Shown here in pieces: positions 23,529 to 34,546 of a stretch of 34,546 nt of DNA. Both the position numbers and the translations under genes were made by a program. Location of the stretch: assembly GCF_001194135.2 (NCBI RefSeq), contig NC_069001.1, positions 11,004,386 through 11,038,931 of the forward strand. The letters run 5' to 3'. Each line of letters opens with the position of its first letter. The first letter of the stretch is position 1. The DNA is from Octopus bimaculoides. Its lineage: Eukaryota. The notes beneath the pieces were generated by a model. It had not been told where the DNA came from. It did no database searches and worked only from the letters and a program-made list of their open reading frames with translations.

Positions 23529-23762
23529 CAGGGCTGGTTTTAGGCCACTTAGGTTTGTTCAAATTGGGCCCTGCGCACACGTTCGAGTGGAGGACCTTTA
23601 GTACATCACTGTGGCTAATGGTGGAGCCTCAAGCCCCCTATGCTTTTTGGCTGGGACTGGTGTCCTCCATGAAGCATAGAATCTCAATCTTCACTTCTTG
23701 TAGAGTAGTGGGGCCCTCTAACAAGTGTCTTATTTGTCCAACATTTCCTAGTGCCAGCCCTA
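23529..23762. mobile_element. Probable hAT-like MITE
   Basis: Left CAGGGCTGGTTTTAGG versus reverse complement of right end TAGGGCTGGCACTAGG; subterminal GGGCCCT near both ends; TSD only partial (ACACATGC / ACACAAAT). Confidence 0.55.
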
Positions 23763-23825
23763 CACAAATATTTGCCTGTACACACTCACTCTCATATATG
23801 CATGCACACACATACACACACACAC

Positions 23826-24055
23826 GGTGAGCTGGCAGAAACGTCAGCACGCCGGGCGAAATGCTTAGCGGTATTTCGTCTGCCGCTACGTTCTGAGTTC
23901 AAATTCCGCCGAGTTCGACTTTACCTTTCATCCTTTCGGGGTCGATTAAACAAGTACCAGTTACGCACTGGGGTCGATGTAATCGACTTAATCCCTTTGT
24001 CTGTCCTTGTTTGTCCCCTCTGTATGTAGCCCCTTGTGGGTAGTAAAAAAATAAC
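23826..24055 (+). mobile_element. Family B SINE, young copy within a (CA)n tract
   Basis: GGTGAGCTGGCAGAAACG head; near-identical to 18297-18512; CpGs intact. Confidence 0.9.
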
Positions 24056-25414
24056 ACACACACACGCATACATATATATACACATATTTGCCTGTATGCA
24101 TTCACTCCCGTACCCACAAACACTCATTCTGTATTCTACTACGAGTCGTTACCTACCTGTACAAACTCCCTCATTTCTGTGACCCCTGTATAATCTCCTG
24201 GCTTGGCTGACTTCCCTGTGTGTACATATGCTGGGGGTCTGGATAAATAGCGAACTTCAAACTCTGATTTGCAAGACCCTGTTGAAATGTGACTGAACGA
24301 CCCCCAACGCCCTATTTCCCCTGTATATATACATAACAGCAACTACAATTACACCCCTCCATATGATTTCACCCCCATCTCTTTTGGGGTTTTTTTTTTT
24401 TTGTTATTTGTAAATAAGTCGTATTTACTGTATGTAGATACTTCAATTTTTATTGCTACCCATCCCCCACCTCTCCCTCCCCCCAAGCCTGTTGATTGCT
24501 TTAGTGCAGAATCATAAAGTAATCATTTTTTTTCAAGTTTTTTTCCTTTTTTCTTTTTTTCTCCTCTTGTTCATCGTAGGACTTTCATTCTTTCAACCAT
24601 CCATCTCAGTAGAAACTACATACATACATACATACAATTAACTCACAGCAACATCTACACACTCATTCGTTATGTACACCTGTGTGTACAGTAACGTAGC
24701 AACAACCTTGTGTCTATATACATACATTCACACAAACATTCTTTTTTTTTTTTTTTAATACCTTGTCATATGAAACGTGTTTCCTATATCACCAGAAGCC
24801 CATATACNNNNNNNNNNNNNNNNNNNNNNNNNNNNNNNNNNNNNNNNNNNNNNNNNNNNNNNNNNNNNNNNNNNNNNNNNNNNNNNNNNNNNNNNNNNNN
24901 NNNNNNNNNNNNNNNNNNNNNNNNNNNNNNNNNNNNNNNNNNNNNNNNNNNNNNNNNNNNNNNNNNNNNNNNNNNNNNNNNNNNNNNNNNNNNNNNNNNN
25001 NNNNNNNNNNNNNNNNNNNNNNNNNNNNNNNNNNNNNNNNNNNNNNNNNNNNNNNNNNNNNNNNNNNNNNNNNNNNNNNNNNNNNNNNNNNNNNNNNNNN
25101 NNNNNNNNNNNNNNNNNNNNNNNNNNNNNNNNNNNNNNNNNNNNNNNNNNNNNNNNNNNNNNNNNNNNNNNNNNNNNNNNNNNNNNNNNNNNNNNNNNNN
25201 NNNNNNNNNNNNNNNNNNNNNNNNNNNNNNNNNNNNNNNNNNNNNNNNNNNNNNNNNNNNNNNNNNNNNNNNNNNNNNNNNNNNNNNNNNNNNNNNNNNN
25301 NNNNNNNNNNNNNNNNNNNNNNNNNNNNNNNNNNNNNNNNNNNNNNNNNNNNNNNNNNAAATGTCAGGCCTTGTGCCTATAGTAGAAAGGATTATTATTA
25401 TTATCATTATTAAA

Positions 25415-25560
25415 AAGGTGGCATTCTGCGGAAGATCGTTAGCACACCAGGCAAAATGTTTAGTGGTATTTCATCTGTCTTTATGTTCTGAGTTCAAATT
25501 CCACTGAGGCCAGGTTTGCTTTTCATCCTTTTGGGGTGAATAAAATAAGTACCAGTTAGG
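25415..25560 (+). mobile_element. Family B SINE, CpG-decayed
   Basis: Collinear with 18297 through TAAAATAAGTACCAG; CpG sites changed to TG/CA. Confidence 0.8.
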
Positions 25561-25638
25561 ATTCATTTAATCAGAGTATCCACTAAGATACTGAGGATAT
25601 ATCAAATGATTTGTTCTCTGACATTATTAACTACACTC

Positions 25639-25672
<34 letters not shown>

Positions 25673-25808
25673 TTGTTGTGTCTGCGGAGATTCATTCTGT
25701 TGTAATGCCTTATTAATTAACACTCTCACCAGTTCAATTTCTGCTCATTTATTATTTTTCAATACACAAATTCACATAATGAATCTTGCAAACCAAACAC
25801 AAAAATGA

Positions 25809-25844
<36 letters not shown>

Positions 25845-25974
25845 CCTTATATTGGCAAAAGGCCTGAAATTTTAGGGGTAGGGTCTAGTCAAATACATCA
25901 ACCCCAATGCTCAAGAAGTAGTTATTTTATCAACCCCGAAAGGAGTAATGATAATAATAATAATAATGATAGTG

Positions 25975-26175
25975 GCTTCAAATATTAGTGCAAGACCAAA
26001 AGTGGGTCAGTCGATTACAGTCACACACACACTCACGCACCGTTCTCAATTGGTACTTATTTTACCGACCCTGGAAGGCTAAGTCAACCTCGGTGTAATC
26101 CGAGAACATAAAGACAGATGAAATACAGCTAAGCACTTTGTCCAGTGTGCTAATGCCTCTAACAAGCTTACCACT
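25975..26175 (-). mobile_element. Degenerate family B SINE; a further fragment lies at about 25850-25945
   Basis: AATTGGTACTTATTTTACCGACCC...GTCAACCTCGG...GAACATAAAGACAGATGAAATACAGCTAAGCAC. Confidence 0.7.
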
Positions 26176-26524
26176 TTAATAATGATGACTATAATAATAT
26201 TAATAATAGTAATAATAATAATAATCTCTATAGAGTTGTTTTTTTTTATTTTGATTTATTTCTATTTTCTAAACTATTTCACTTTTCTGTTTTCATCTGA
26301 AACATAATTTTACCAATTCTTTTTCTCCTTGTTCCTTGTAATAAAACAAAAACAAACCCACCCTGTTTGTGTTTCAAACGCCAACAATTACTTAATTGCC
26401 AATCTCTGTATAAATATTTCCTCAAAGAAAGAATAAAACTAATTGATCTTTACCTTAAGATCAATGATTGTCTTCAAACTTATTAGTCCTTACATGTTCA
26501 TATCTTTTATTTCATTTTTGTTGG

Positions 26525-26747
26525 TGTGTTTAAAATGTCGCCCAAGCATTGTATGTGTCTAAAATGCCCATGCATTGTATGTGTCTAAAATGTTGTCCAA
26601 GCATTGTATGTGTTTAAAATGCCCAGGCTTTGTATGTGTCTAAAATGTCATCCAAGCATTGTATGTGTTTAAAATGCCCATGAATTGTATGTGTCTATAA
26701 TGTCGTCCAAGCATTGTATGTGTTTAAAATTCCGTCCATGCATTGTT
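26525..26747. repeat. Minisatellite, 8 units alternating 29 and 26 bp (55-bp higher-order dimer)
   Basis: Units TGTGTYTAAAATGTCGTCCAAGCATTGTA (29 bp) and TGTGTYTAAAATGCCCATGCATTGTA (26 bp) in the order 29,26,29,26,29,26,29,29. Confidence 0.95.
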
Positions 26748-26974
26748 AAATATTATTTGTGCTATTGCTGTTTGTTTGTTGTTGTTGTTCTGTTTTTTTT
26801 TTCTGTTTGTTTGTTTGTTTTTTTTTGTTTTTTTATTTTTTATTTTCTGTCTTACTTGGAGCTTTGAAATCTCTTCACTAACCAAATATTTGTAAAGGTG
26901 GGCATAGGTTTGGGAACAGGGAGAGTGTAAATGAACTCCCTAATTTGTTTTGTTTTATTTTTTTTTTATCTTGT

Positions 26975-27172
26975 GATGTGGAGCAATGAAAATGGTTTCA
27001 ACATTGTCCTGAAAAATTAGGTTTCCAGATTTAGTGGTACCTCTTTTATCGACCCTGACAGGGTGAAAGGTGAGGTCAACCTTGGTGGAATTTGAACTCA
27101 GAACACAAAAGTGGATGAAAAGTGCTAAGCATTTTGTCCAGCATACTAACGGTTCTGCCATCTCGCCACCTT
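26975..27172 (-). mobile_element. Degenerate family B SINE
   Basis: GGTACCTCTTTTATCGACCC...GTCAACCTTGGTGGAATTTGAACTCAGAAC...TAACGGTTCTGCCATCTCGCCACC. Confidence 0.75.
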
Positions 27173-27632
27173 AATAACCAAATTTCGTTCCCACACTTAT
27201 GAAGGTGGGAAATTATCAGCAAAATCTCATTAGAGTAAAGCAAGTTCTGTCCCAACACTTGGGTCTCATAGGGCCCAGTTATCAATGTTTCCATGGTATA
27301 AAAATGACCAAGAACCCAAAATTGCAACAGAATGGGATATCAGTCTGTCACAGCATAAGTTCTAGTATTTCTATCAAATGCTCATTTGAAGAATTATTCC
27401 ACAATCTCTCCATTCCTATTTGCATTGGTGTTGCTTTTAGTATAATTCTGAGATTTGTTGTGGTGGTCACCATGGATACTTAGTATGTATCATAACTAGT
27501 TGCTACTGTTTGGATTAGTAAGTTTAGCGGATGAGAATATTCTTTACCGATTTTAAACTAAGAGCGTGGATTCTTTTCAGATAAAATGTTTTACATAAGG
27601 AGCAGAGGTCTAAGGATAGATTTTTTTGTTTA

Positions 27633-28138
27633 CTCTTTAGCATTTAATGTGGCCATATCTCGTGAAGTGTGGCTGATTGGTTAAGGTGTTCAGCTCATGA
27701 TTGTAAGGTCATGGGTTCAATTTCTGCTGGCACATTGTGTCCTTGATCAAGACTCTTTATTTCATGTTGCTCCAGTCCACTCAACTGGCAAAAATGGGTT
27801 GTGCCTGTATTCCAAACAGCCAGTCTTATCACATTCTGTGTTAAGCTGAATCTCCTTGAGAATTACTTTAAGAGTACACATGTCTGTGGAGTGCTCAGCC
27901 ACTTGCATGTTAATTTCATGAGCAGGTTGTTCAATTGATTGAATCAACTGGATCCCTTGTCATTGTAACTAACGAAGTACCAGTTATGTTATCTGGTCCA
28001 AACATTCTACCTGTTTTATCTTCAAACTGACCAGATTCAACCTCTCACACCTATCCTACAATGTCATTCTAAAAACAGGCAAAGACACAATTGAAATCTT
28101 GAAGCTACATTTGACAAAGAAATCTGGATGTTAAAGGG
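27633..28138. mobile_element. Same piggyBac-type MITE in the opposite orientation, split by a SINE (27661-27989)
   Basis: TTTA|CTCTTTAGCATTTAA..GGCCATATCT [SINE] GGTCCAAACATTCTACCTGTTTTAT.TTCAAACTGACCAGAT..CTCTCACACC...TTAAAGGG|TCAA, the reverse complement of 20936-21156 with a deletion. Confidence 0.8.
27661..27989 (+). mobile_element. tRNA-derived SINE (CORE-like body plus the family D 3' module) inserted in a piggyBac-type MITE
   Basis: Head GTGTGGCTGATTGGTTAAGG...GGGTTCAATTTC; CORE-like GTGTCCTTGATCAAGAC; flanked by TATCT at 27656-27660 and 27990-27994. Confidence 0.8.
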
Positions 28139-28157
28139 TCAAAATAGGCCTGTTTAA

Positions 28158-28331
28158 CCCTTTGGAATTTGAACCAACCAGATCACCCCAAATATTCTAC
28201 CTTACAGTGCCCTAGATATAAGCAATCACTTCATGAAAACCTCAAGAGCAACAAGATAATGCATGATTAGTTTAAAACAATGTGAATAAACAAACATTAC
28301 ATTTGTTAGAGTAACCTTAATGTTAAACGGT
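28158..28331. mobile_element. Third piggyBac-type MITE copy with an internal deletion, about 20 bp from the previous copy
   Basis: TTAA|CCCTTTGG...GATAATGCATGATTAGTTTAAAACAATGTGAATAAA...GTTAAACGGT|TTAA. Confidence 0.75.
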
Positions 28332-28559
28332 TTAATGAATTTCTTTATTAAAGCAGCTCATTAAATGCCTTTCAAATGTTAATTTATCATTAGTAATCTC
28401 GTCAGGGATGTATGTAAAATGAAGCAACCTTCTGTAGAAAATCTTTCCATGTTAACAAGTTTTTTCATTTGTTGACTAACAGCATGTTTTATAAACTAAA
28501 CAGCTCTTGTCTAGTAACCTGTCCACTCAGTAAAGACATTAACAGCCACTGTGGGAAGT

Positions 28560-29075
28560 GTGCTATTGTTTAATCATTTCAACCTGCTACTGGTGCCTAA
28601 TGACAAATTTACAGTTGGTGTTAGAAAGTGCAACGAGCCATAAAAACCGTGCTGAAACAGACACAGAAGCCTGGTGTAGTTTTCTGCCTGGCTGGCTCCT
28701 CTCAAACCATCCAACCCATGCCAGCATAGAAGGTGGATGTTAAATGATGATGATGAAAACTCATGCTGGCACAACATAAAAAGCTCCCGGTACACTCTGT
28801 AAAGCAGTTGGTGTTAGGAAGGGCATCTGTCCTTAGAAACCATAACGTCCACTTTCCATGCTAGCATGGGTTGGACGATTTGACTGAGGACTGATGAACC
28901 AGATGGCTACACCAGGCTCCAATCTGATTTGGTAGAGTTTCTGCAGCTGGATGCCCTTCCTAACGCCAACCACTCCGAGAGTGTAGTGGGTGCTTTTACG
29001 TGCCACCAGTACGAAGGCCAGTCAGACAGTACTGGCAACGGCCACACTCAAAATGGTGTATTTTACGTGCCAATA
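28560..29075. mobile_element. Cluster of three family C copies: + (about 28560-28755), + 5' part (about 28760-28846), - (about 28846-29075)
   Basis: The AGGAAGGGCATC motif and CCAACCCATGC.AGCAT motif recur in both orientations; (GAT)n tail at 28745-28755. Confidence 0.8.
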
Positions 29076-29189
29076 TACTCATTGTATAAGAGTTCCAGAC
29101 TATCATCACAGAGCAAGATTTAAGTTCCTTGGGAAACGAATCAATAAACCAGTCTTATTTCTGCTTTTCTTCATTTTTTTTTTTCTAAG

Positions 29190-29332
29190 TGGTTTTAGTC
29201 AATAGCATTGGGCTGTCACCTGTAACCTTTGCAGGCTCTCTGCAAGACCTAACCATTTCCATTTCATTTATGCTACACACCATTTTCAAAATGCATGAAT
29301 GTCACACAGTCTTATCACCATCATCTGTACAG
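29190..29332 (+). CDS. Candidate internal coding exon (143 nt, phase 1 to 0), product unknown
   Basis: Long T-tract acceptor TTTTTTTTTTTCTAAG|, donor CAG|GTATGT, only one open frame (VLVNSIGLSPVTFAGSLQDLTISISFMLHTIFKMHECHTVLSPSSVQ). No homology recognised. Confidence 0.3.
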
Positions 29333-29849
29333 GTATGTCTTTATACCTTAATTAAGAATCAAAGAAATATATAAAATAAATACATAAATCTTACTAAATA
29401 CTGCTCCAAGGTAACTCCATTCTTCATTCCAAAATTGCAACTAATTAAACTGATCTTGCAAGAATTTAACCATATTAGTATCAAACACCTAACCTATGTC
29501 AGACTACAAATTCTTCAAACTATTATCAACAGCACAATTCTTTAAGCTGTAAATAGATGGTAGGTATCCCAGGATGGATTAAGCTGTATGCTATAGTGAC
29601 AGCAATGGCATTTTTCTTGTTGTTATTAGCTTGCAGTGCTGATTTGAACTCCTGCTCAGGATGTTGGTCATCCTTCTGCTAAATGACATTCTCAAGGAAA
29701 ACACAACAGCGACAGATTAGTTTTAACAATCACAGGTAAGGTATATATATATATACTCAATCAAGTTTTACATAAGGTTTCTAAACGTTTTTTTTTTTTT
29801 TCCCCACTCCAAAACATTTCATAAAAATATATCTTTGTTTGTTCCATAA

Positions 29850-30253
29850 CTCTTTTAACTCTTTTACTTGTTTCAATCTTTCGACTGTGGCCATGCTGAA
29901 GCACCGCCTTTAGTCGAGTAAATCGACCCCGGGACTTATTCTTTGTAAGCCTAGTACTTATTCTATCGGTCTCTTTTGCCGAACCACTAAGTTACAGGGA
30001 CGTAAACACACCAGCATCAGTTGTCAAGCGATGGTGGGGTGACAAACACAGACACACAAGCACACATACATACATATATATATATATACATATATACGAC
30101 GGGCTTCTTTCAGTTTCCGTCTACCAAATCCACTCACAAGGTTTTGGTCAGCCCGAGGCTATAGTAGAAGACACTAGCCCAAGGTGCCACACAGTGGGAC
30201 TGAACCCAGAACCATGTGGTTGGTAAGCAAGCTACTTACCACACAGCCACTCC
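29850..30253 (-). mobile_element. Family A SINE, full length
   Basis: Collinear with 574-973 over about 400 bp, with several CG>CA changes. Confidence 0.9.
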
Positions 30254-30464
30254 TTGACATGCTTAGAAGAGTACCAACCATATTTTAAATCATACACTAC
30301 TGTTGTAAAAAGGGAACACTTCTGGACTAATCTATCTTTGACCCTTTATACCTTTATCCCTTAACTGGCACAAAGCCACCCCTCTAAATACCACTCCACC
30401 ACCCAGGGATGGATTTGTGTTGCCCCTCTTTTCTTTTGTCTCGCAAGGTACATGGTAACCCTCT

Positions 30465-30678
30465 TGGTGTTGGAGCCACATAAAAAGCATCAATGATGAA
30501 GCCATTAAAAAGCACCTGGTACACTCTGTAAAGTGGTTGGCATATGGAAGGGCATCCAGCTATAGAAACCATGCCAAAAGAGATGATGGAGCCTGATATG
30601 ACCCCTGGCCTTAGAAGCTCCAGTCAAACAGTCCAACCCATGCCAGCATAGAAAATGGATACTAAATAACGATGATGA
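30465..30678 (+). mobile_element. Family C copy
   Basis: GGTACACTCTGTAAAGTGGTTGGCATATGGAAGGGCATCCAGC...CCAACCCATGCCAGCAT...CGATGATGAT. Confidence 0.8.
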
Positions 30679-31486
30679 TATTTCTACCCGATTCTCTTTA
30701 AGACTTCAGATCATTTCATATATTGATCTGCATGATCGGTTATTGCTTACAAATAGGGATTTATAATGGGTAAGATGCCAGCTCAAGAAATGTTTGAGCT
30801 GAAGATGAACTACATCAATCGCACCCAGTCTTCAAGGCCTGCAAAGGGGATGAGTCCAACCCCTTTCGTCTAACTAAACCTTTAAAATCAAAAAGCAAAA
30901 AAAAACAAAAAAAAACCCCTTGGTTTCCAGGTTACTGTAAAATGGACTCCAGTAAATCTCTTAAGTTCAGTCTTCCTGGCTGTGGCTACACAAGAGTTGA
31001 GTTCTGGTGATGGAAAATAAAGACTATACACACCCTTGGATAGTTGTCTGATATTCTATTGATTTATTGATCCAGCTTCCATCCATGTTATTAGAAAATT
31101 TAATCTATTAGGCAAAAAAAAAAAAAAACTTCTTTCAGTAGTTAACTTGCCTCTTCTAAAAACTAATTATTTTTGTTATTTGTTAATTATTTAACAAAAT
31201 GAATAGCAAATTTAATATCAGATTTGAGCTTGTTATCCACAGCTACTTAAACATGTTTAGTAGCAAACCAGCATAGTGTTCATTTTTAAATTAAAATCTG
31301 AACTAAAATCTCATCTGAAAGATATTTTGAGGTTTCATTAACCCAAACTCTGTTTCCTATGTAACACTGTGTAACAGGATTTTTGTCCTTGGGTAGCAAC
31401 TGTTAATTCCTACTTGCTTACCCTATAGAAGCTATGAAAAATGGCACATATTTCCTTCAGACTTTGCTTTTGTTACTTTTATTCAA

Positions 31487-31805
31487 ACCCCAAAGAATTG
31501 CTCTCAACACATGGCTATGGTGCTCCCCCACTACTTCTGCTCATTATCAGAGATGCATAATATTGTCACCCACTAAAAGACCTGCTCAATTGGTTAAAGT
31601 CAAGCAAATCTGTGGCACTGAGCAAAATATTTGCTATAACATTATCTTCTTGTTATCTTCTCTGTCAAGCTGAATCTCCCTGAAAACTACATTAAGGTTA
31701 CACCTGTCTGTGGAGTACCCAACCACTTGCACATTAATTCTACGAGCATGCTGTTCAGTTGATCAGTTCAGCTGGAACCCTTATTGTTGTAACCGACAAC
31801 GTGGT
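31487..31805 (+). mobile_element. SINE-like repeat with a different 5' body and the family D 3' module (about 31662-31800)
   Basis: AAGCTGAATCTCCCTGAAAACTAC...GTCTGTGGAGTACCCAACCACTTGCACATTAATTCTACGAGC aligns to the modules at 13221-13395 and 27840-27980. Confidence 0.7.
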
Positions 31806-32867
31806 ATTTTACTAGGGGTCATGTGAAGGTTCCAGTGCAGATATTATTTAGACTTCTGTAGATCCTGATCCAGTGAAGCTATGATTAACGACTGTCCTGC
31901 CTTTTAAAGGTGTATCTAGGATTACAGATTACATTATCTCAAAACTAGTGTAGTTTGGGGGGAGATATGGGTTCTATCAAGCTGGTTCAATAACCTTGTA
32001 AGAGATCTTAATTGGTCCCAATTGATTGTGGGGTTATTAACTGTCTCTGCTGGGCTTTGAACCCAGTATAGTCATGTTTATGGATAAGTCATCTGTAAAC
32101 CCTTCCAATCAATTATCCCTTCCATTCCACCCTCACATTCTCTCTTACATTTGGCCCCTTTAAAGGATTTCATTTTTTTTAAATTGTAAAATGTAAATTA
32201 AGGTAGATTTGATTGCAAACCCTAAACTGCCTCCAATCATTCTCCCCTTTACTTCCCTAAAAAGACCCTAAATTGAGGGACATTTAACAAAACAGTTCTA
32301 TCTCCCAGGCATAAATATTTCAGAAAATCAAAANNNNNNNNNNNNNNNNNNNNNNNNNNNNNNNNNNNNNNNNNNNNNNNNNNNNNNNNNNNNNNNNNNN
32401 NNNNNNNNNNNNNNNNNNNNNNNNNNNNNNNNNNNNNNNNNNNNNNNNNNNNNNNNNNNNNNNNNNNNNNNNNNNNNNNNNNNNNNNNNNNNNNNNNNNN
32501 NNNNNNNNNNNNNNNNNNNNNNNNNNNNNNNNNNNNNNNNNNNNNNNNNNNNNNNNNNNNNNNNNNNNNNNNNNNNNNNNNNNNNNNNNNNNNNNNNNNN
32601 NNNNNNNNNNNNNNNNNNNNNNNNNNNNNNNNNNNNNNNNNNNNNNNNNNNNNNNNNNNNNNNNNNNNNNNNNNNTCCTTCCCGCTCATTCTCTTTGACT
32701 TTCCTTTTTACTCTCTGCTCCCTTTTTATTTCATTCTCTTTTACTCCTCTCATCCTTACCAGCCACTTCTCCTTCTACAATCTTTCCCTCTCTCTTCTTC
32801 GCTCTCTCTCTCTCACACTTTGATGCTTTGATATGTGTATGTGTGTGTATATATATATATATATATA

Positions 32868-33010
32868 TTGGCGTTAGGAAGGGCATCCAGCTGTAGAAAC
32901 TCTGCCAAATCAGACTGGAGCCTGGTGTTGCCATCCGGTTTCACCAGTCCTCAGTCAAATCGTCCAACCCATGCTAGCATGGAAAGCGGACGTTAAACGA
33001 TGATGATGAT
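32868..33010 (+). mobile_element. Family C non-autonomous retroelement with RTE-like 3' end and (GAT)n tail
   Basis: TTGGCGTTAGGAAGGGCATCCAGCTGTAGAAAC...CCAACCCATGCTAGCATGGAAAGCGGACGTTAAACGATGATGATG; starts at a (TA)n tract. Confidence 0.85.
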
Positions 33011-33284
33011 ATTTATATATATATTGTAAATGTTCAAGATTTTATTTTTTGCATGTGATGTTTCTATTTATGTCATCAGTTCTGCTTTCTTAACTTTTAC
33101 AACCAGATAAAGTTGATATTACCTACAGTGTGTGTGTGTATGTGTGATCATCATCATCTTTAACATCCACCTTTTGTGCTGGTATTGGCTGGACGGTCTG
33201 ACAGTCACCAATTAGAAAAATGAATAAGTAAAAGCACAATAATTGAGTTTTTACCTGTAAATTTGGATTTTCATCCCTAATAAT

Positions 33285-33333
<49 letters not shown>

Positions 33334-33934
33334 ATATATATATAATACAAAGAATATATATACATGTATACACACATATATATATTATATCCTTTAAGTT
33401 CATTTCTGGGCAACTTTTTTGAATATTCATATCAAGGCACCAACTTGATTATGCTGGCTTCAGCCTAATACCAACAAGCAATAGCTGTTTTGTGGGGGTT
33501 ATACCAAGTGTGTCGATATAGTGTAGGATGAATATAGTAATAATGATGATAATAATAATAATAATCCATGGCTGGAATTTATATTTTAATGTATCATTAC
33601 GTGCATTTCCACATCATGTAGCAATGCATTAAGATGTTTATAAATTCCATCCATGGATTATTATTAGCATTTACTATATATGCATATATACACACAAACA
33701 CATACACACACACACATATATACATACATATACACACACACTCACACCTACATACATACATACACACAGACACATGCTAACATGGAAAGTAGATATTTTA
33801 ACGATTGTAATGATAGACAGACAGTTAGCTCATGTTCTCTTTATTATCTAAACATTTTAAAATGTTATCCTTAATTAGTTATTTATTAAGGTTAATTCAG
33901 TTGACTTGAACCAATATAGAGATCGTCGTCATCA

Positions 33935-33980
33935 ACCGCATCATCATCATCATCATCATCATCACCATCACCATCATCCT
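33935..33980. repeat. (CAT/CAC)n trinucleotide microsatellite
   Basis: Direct inspection. (AAT)n tracts also occur at about 25640-25670, 25808-25843 and 26190-26225. Confidence 0.9.
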
Positions 33981-34457
33981 TGGCATCACCACTTGATTCT
34001 GTTCTCAAAAACCAACTTAGATTCAGAGGTGAAGAGTTTACACAAATTCTCTCCTTATCAAAATTTACCAGACTTTTTCCTTAGAGAAATGCCTCTGCAA
34101 TGAGGTCATGCCAAAATTCTTTCTGATAACTTCAACGCTCTAACTAATGCAGTGTGTACCTCCTATGGCCTTCCCGTTCTTATCTGTGTTTCTCTGTGCG
34201 TGTGTGTGTGTGTGTGTGTGTATTTATACTCACTGTGTTATGGCTATCATGTAATATTAATTTGTTAGATTGCTGAAAACTAAGTCTTTGGATTTCTTTA
34301 CACCATAGGTGCAGCTTTCATGACATAATGTCTGTTCATTTTGTTTAGGTCTTCCTGTGGCTGCAGTTAAGCTTCACTGTGTAAAATTTACACACATGCA
34401 CACATCCACACATGCGCAGATGTATGTATGTATGTAATGTATGGTTTTGCCTGTATA

Positions 34458-34490
<33 letters not shown>

Positions 34491-34500
34491 GTATATAATG

Positions 34501-34546
<46 letters not shown>

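Noticed and set aside
24157-24320. Minus-strand coding exon GEIGRWGSFSH...TEMREFVQ
   Set aside because: The donor (CAG|GTAGGT) is good and one frame is open, but the acceptor lacks a pyrimidine tract, the segment has a recurring ACAGGG motif suggesting a decayed repeat, and no homology is recognised. It cannot be fully excluded.
26525-26747. CRISPR-like array
   Set aside because: Units are directly tandem with no unique spacers, there are no cas genes, and the context is eukaryotic.
29520-29685. Minus-strand open stretch QKDDQHPEQEFKSALQANNNKKNAIAV...
   Set aside because: About 50 codons with no donor and no recognisable homology; within chance expectation.
33055-33080. Hammerhead on minus (CUGAUGA-CAUAAAUA-GAAAC)
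   Set aside because: No stem II pairing and no NUH or stem III.
33906-34103. His-rich protein ORF
   Set aside because: The poly-His comes from a (CAT/CAC)n microsatellite, and the ORF starts at TTG.

Overview
Eukaryotic, AT-rich, repeat-dense genomic DNA from a gapped draft assembly (9 N-runs, about 5.2 kb). It is most likely octopus/coleoid cephalopod; this is inferred from remembered SINE and MITE families, not from a database search. No intact, nameable protein-coding gene is visible, and most long ORFs in the track are N-run or microsatellite artefacts. Supported content: a fossil pogo/Tigger transposase interrupted at its third catalytic Asp by a hAT MITE with an 8-bp TSD; an RTE LINE 3' fragment; a mariner right end; three piggyBac-type MITEs (one carrying a nested SINE); at least four tRNA-derived or RTE-tailed SINE families in many copies; and mini- and microsatellites. 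The most unusual observation is a hammerhead-ribozyme-like fold on the minus strand (14787-14837), inside a (TA)n-bounded module, whose core reads GUGAACA, a G3:C8 swap of the canonical C3:G8 pair. A second, canonical-core minimal hammerhead candidate lies at 11344-11375. CpG content drops sharply after about 20-25 kb, suggesting a methylated gene body in the right half; only low-confidence candidate exons can be offered for it.
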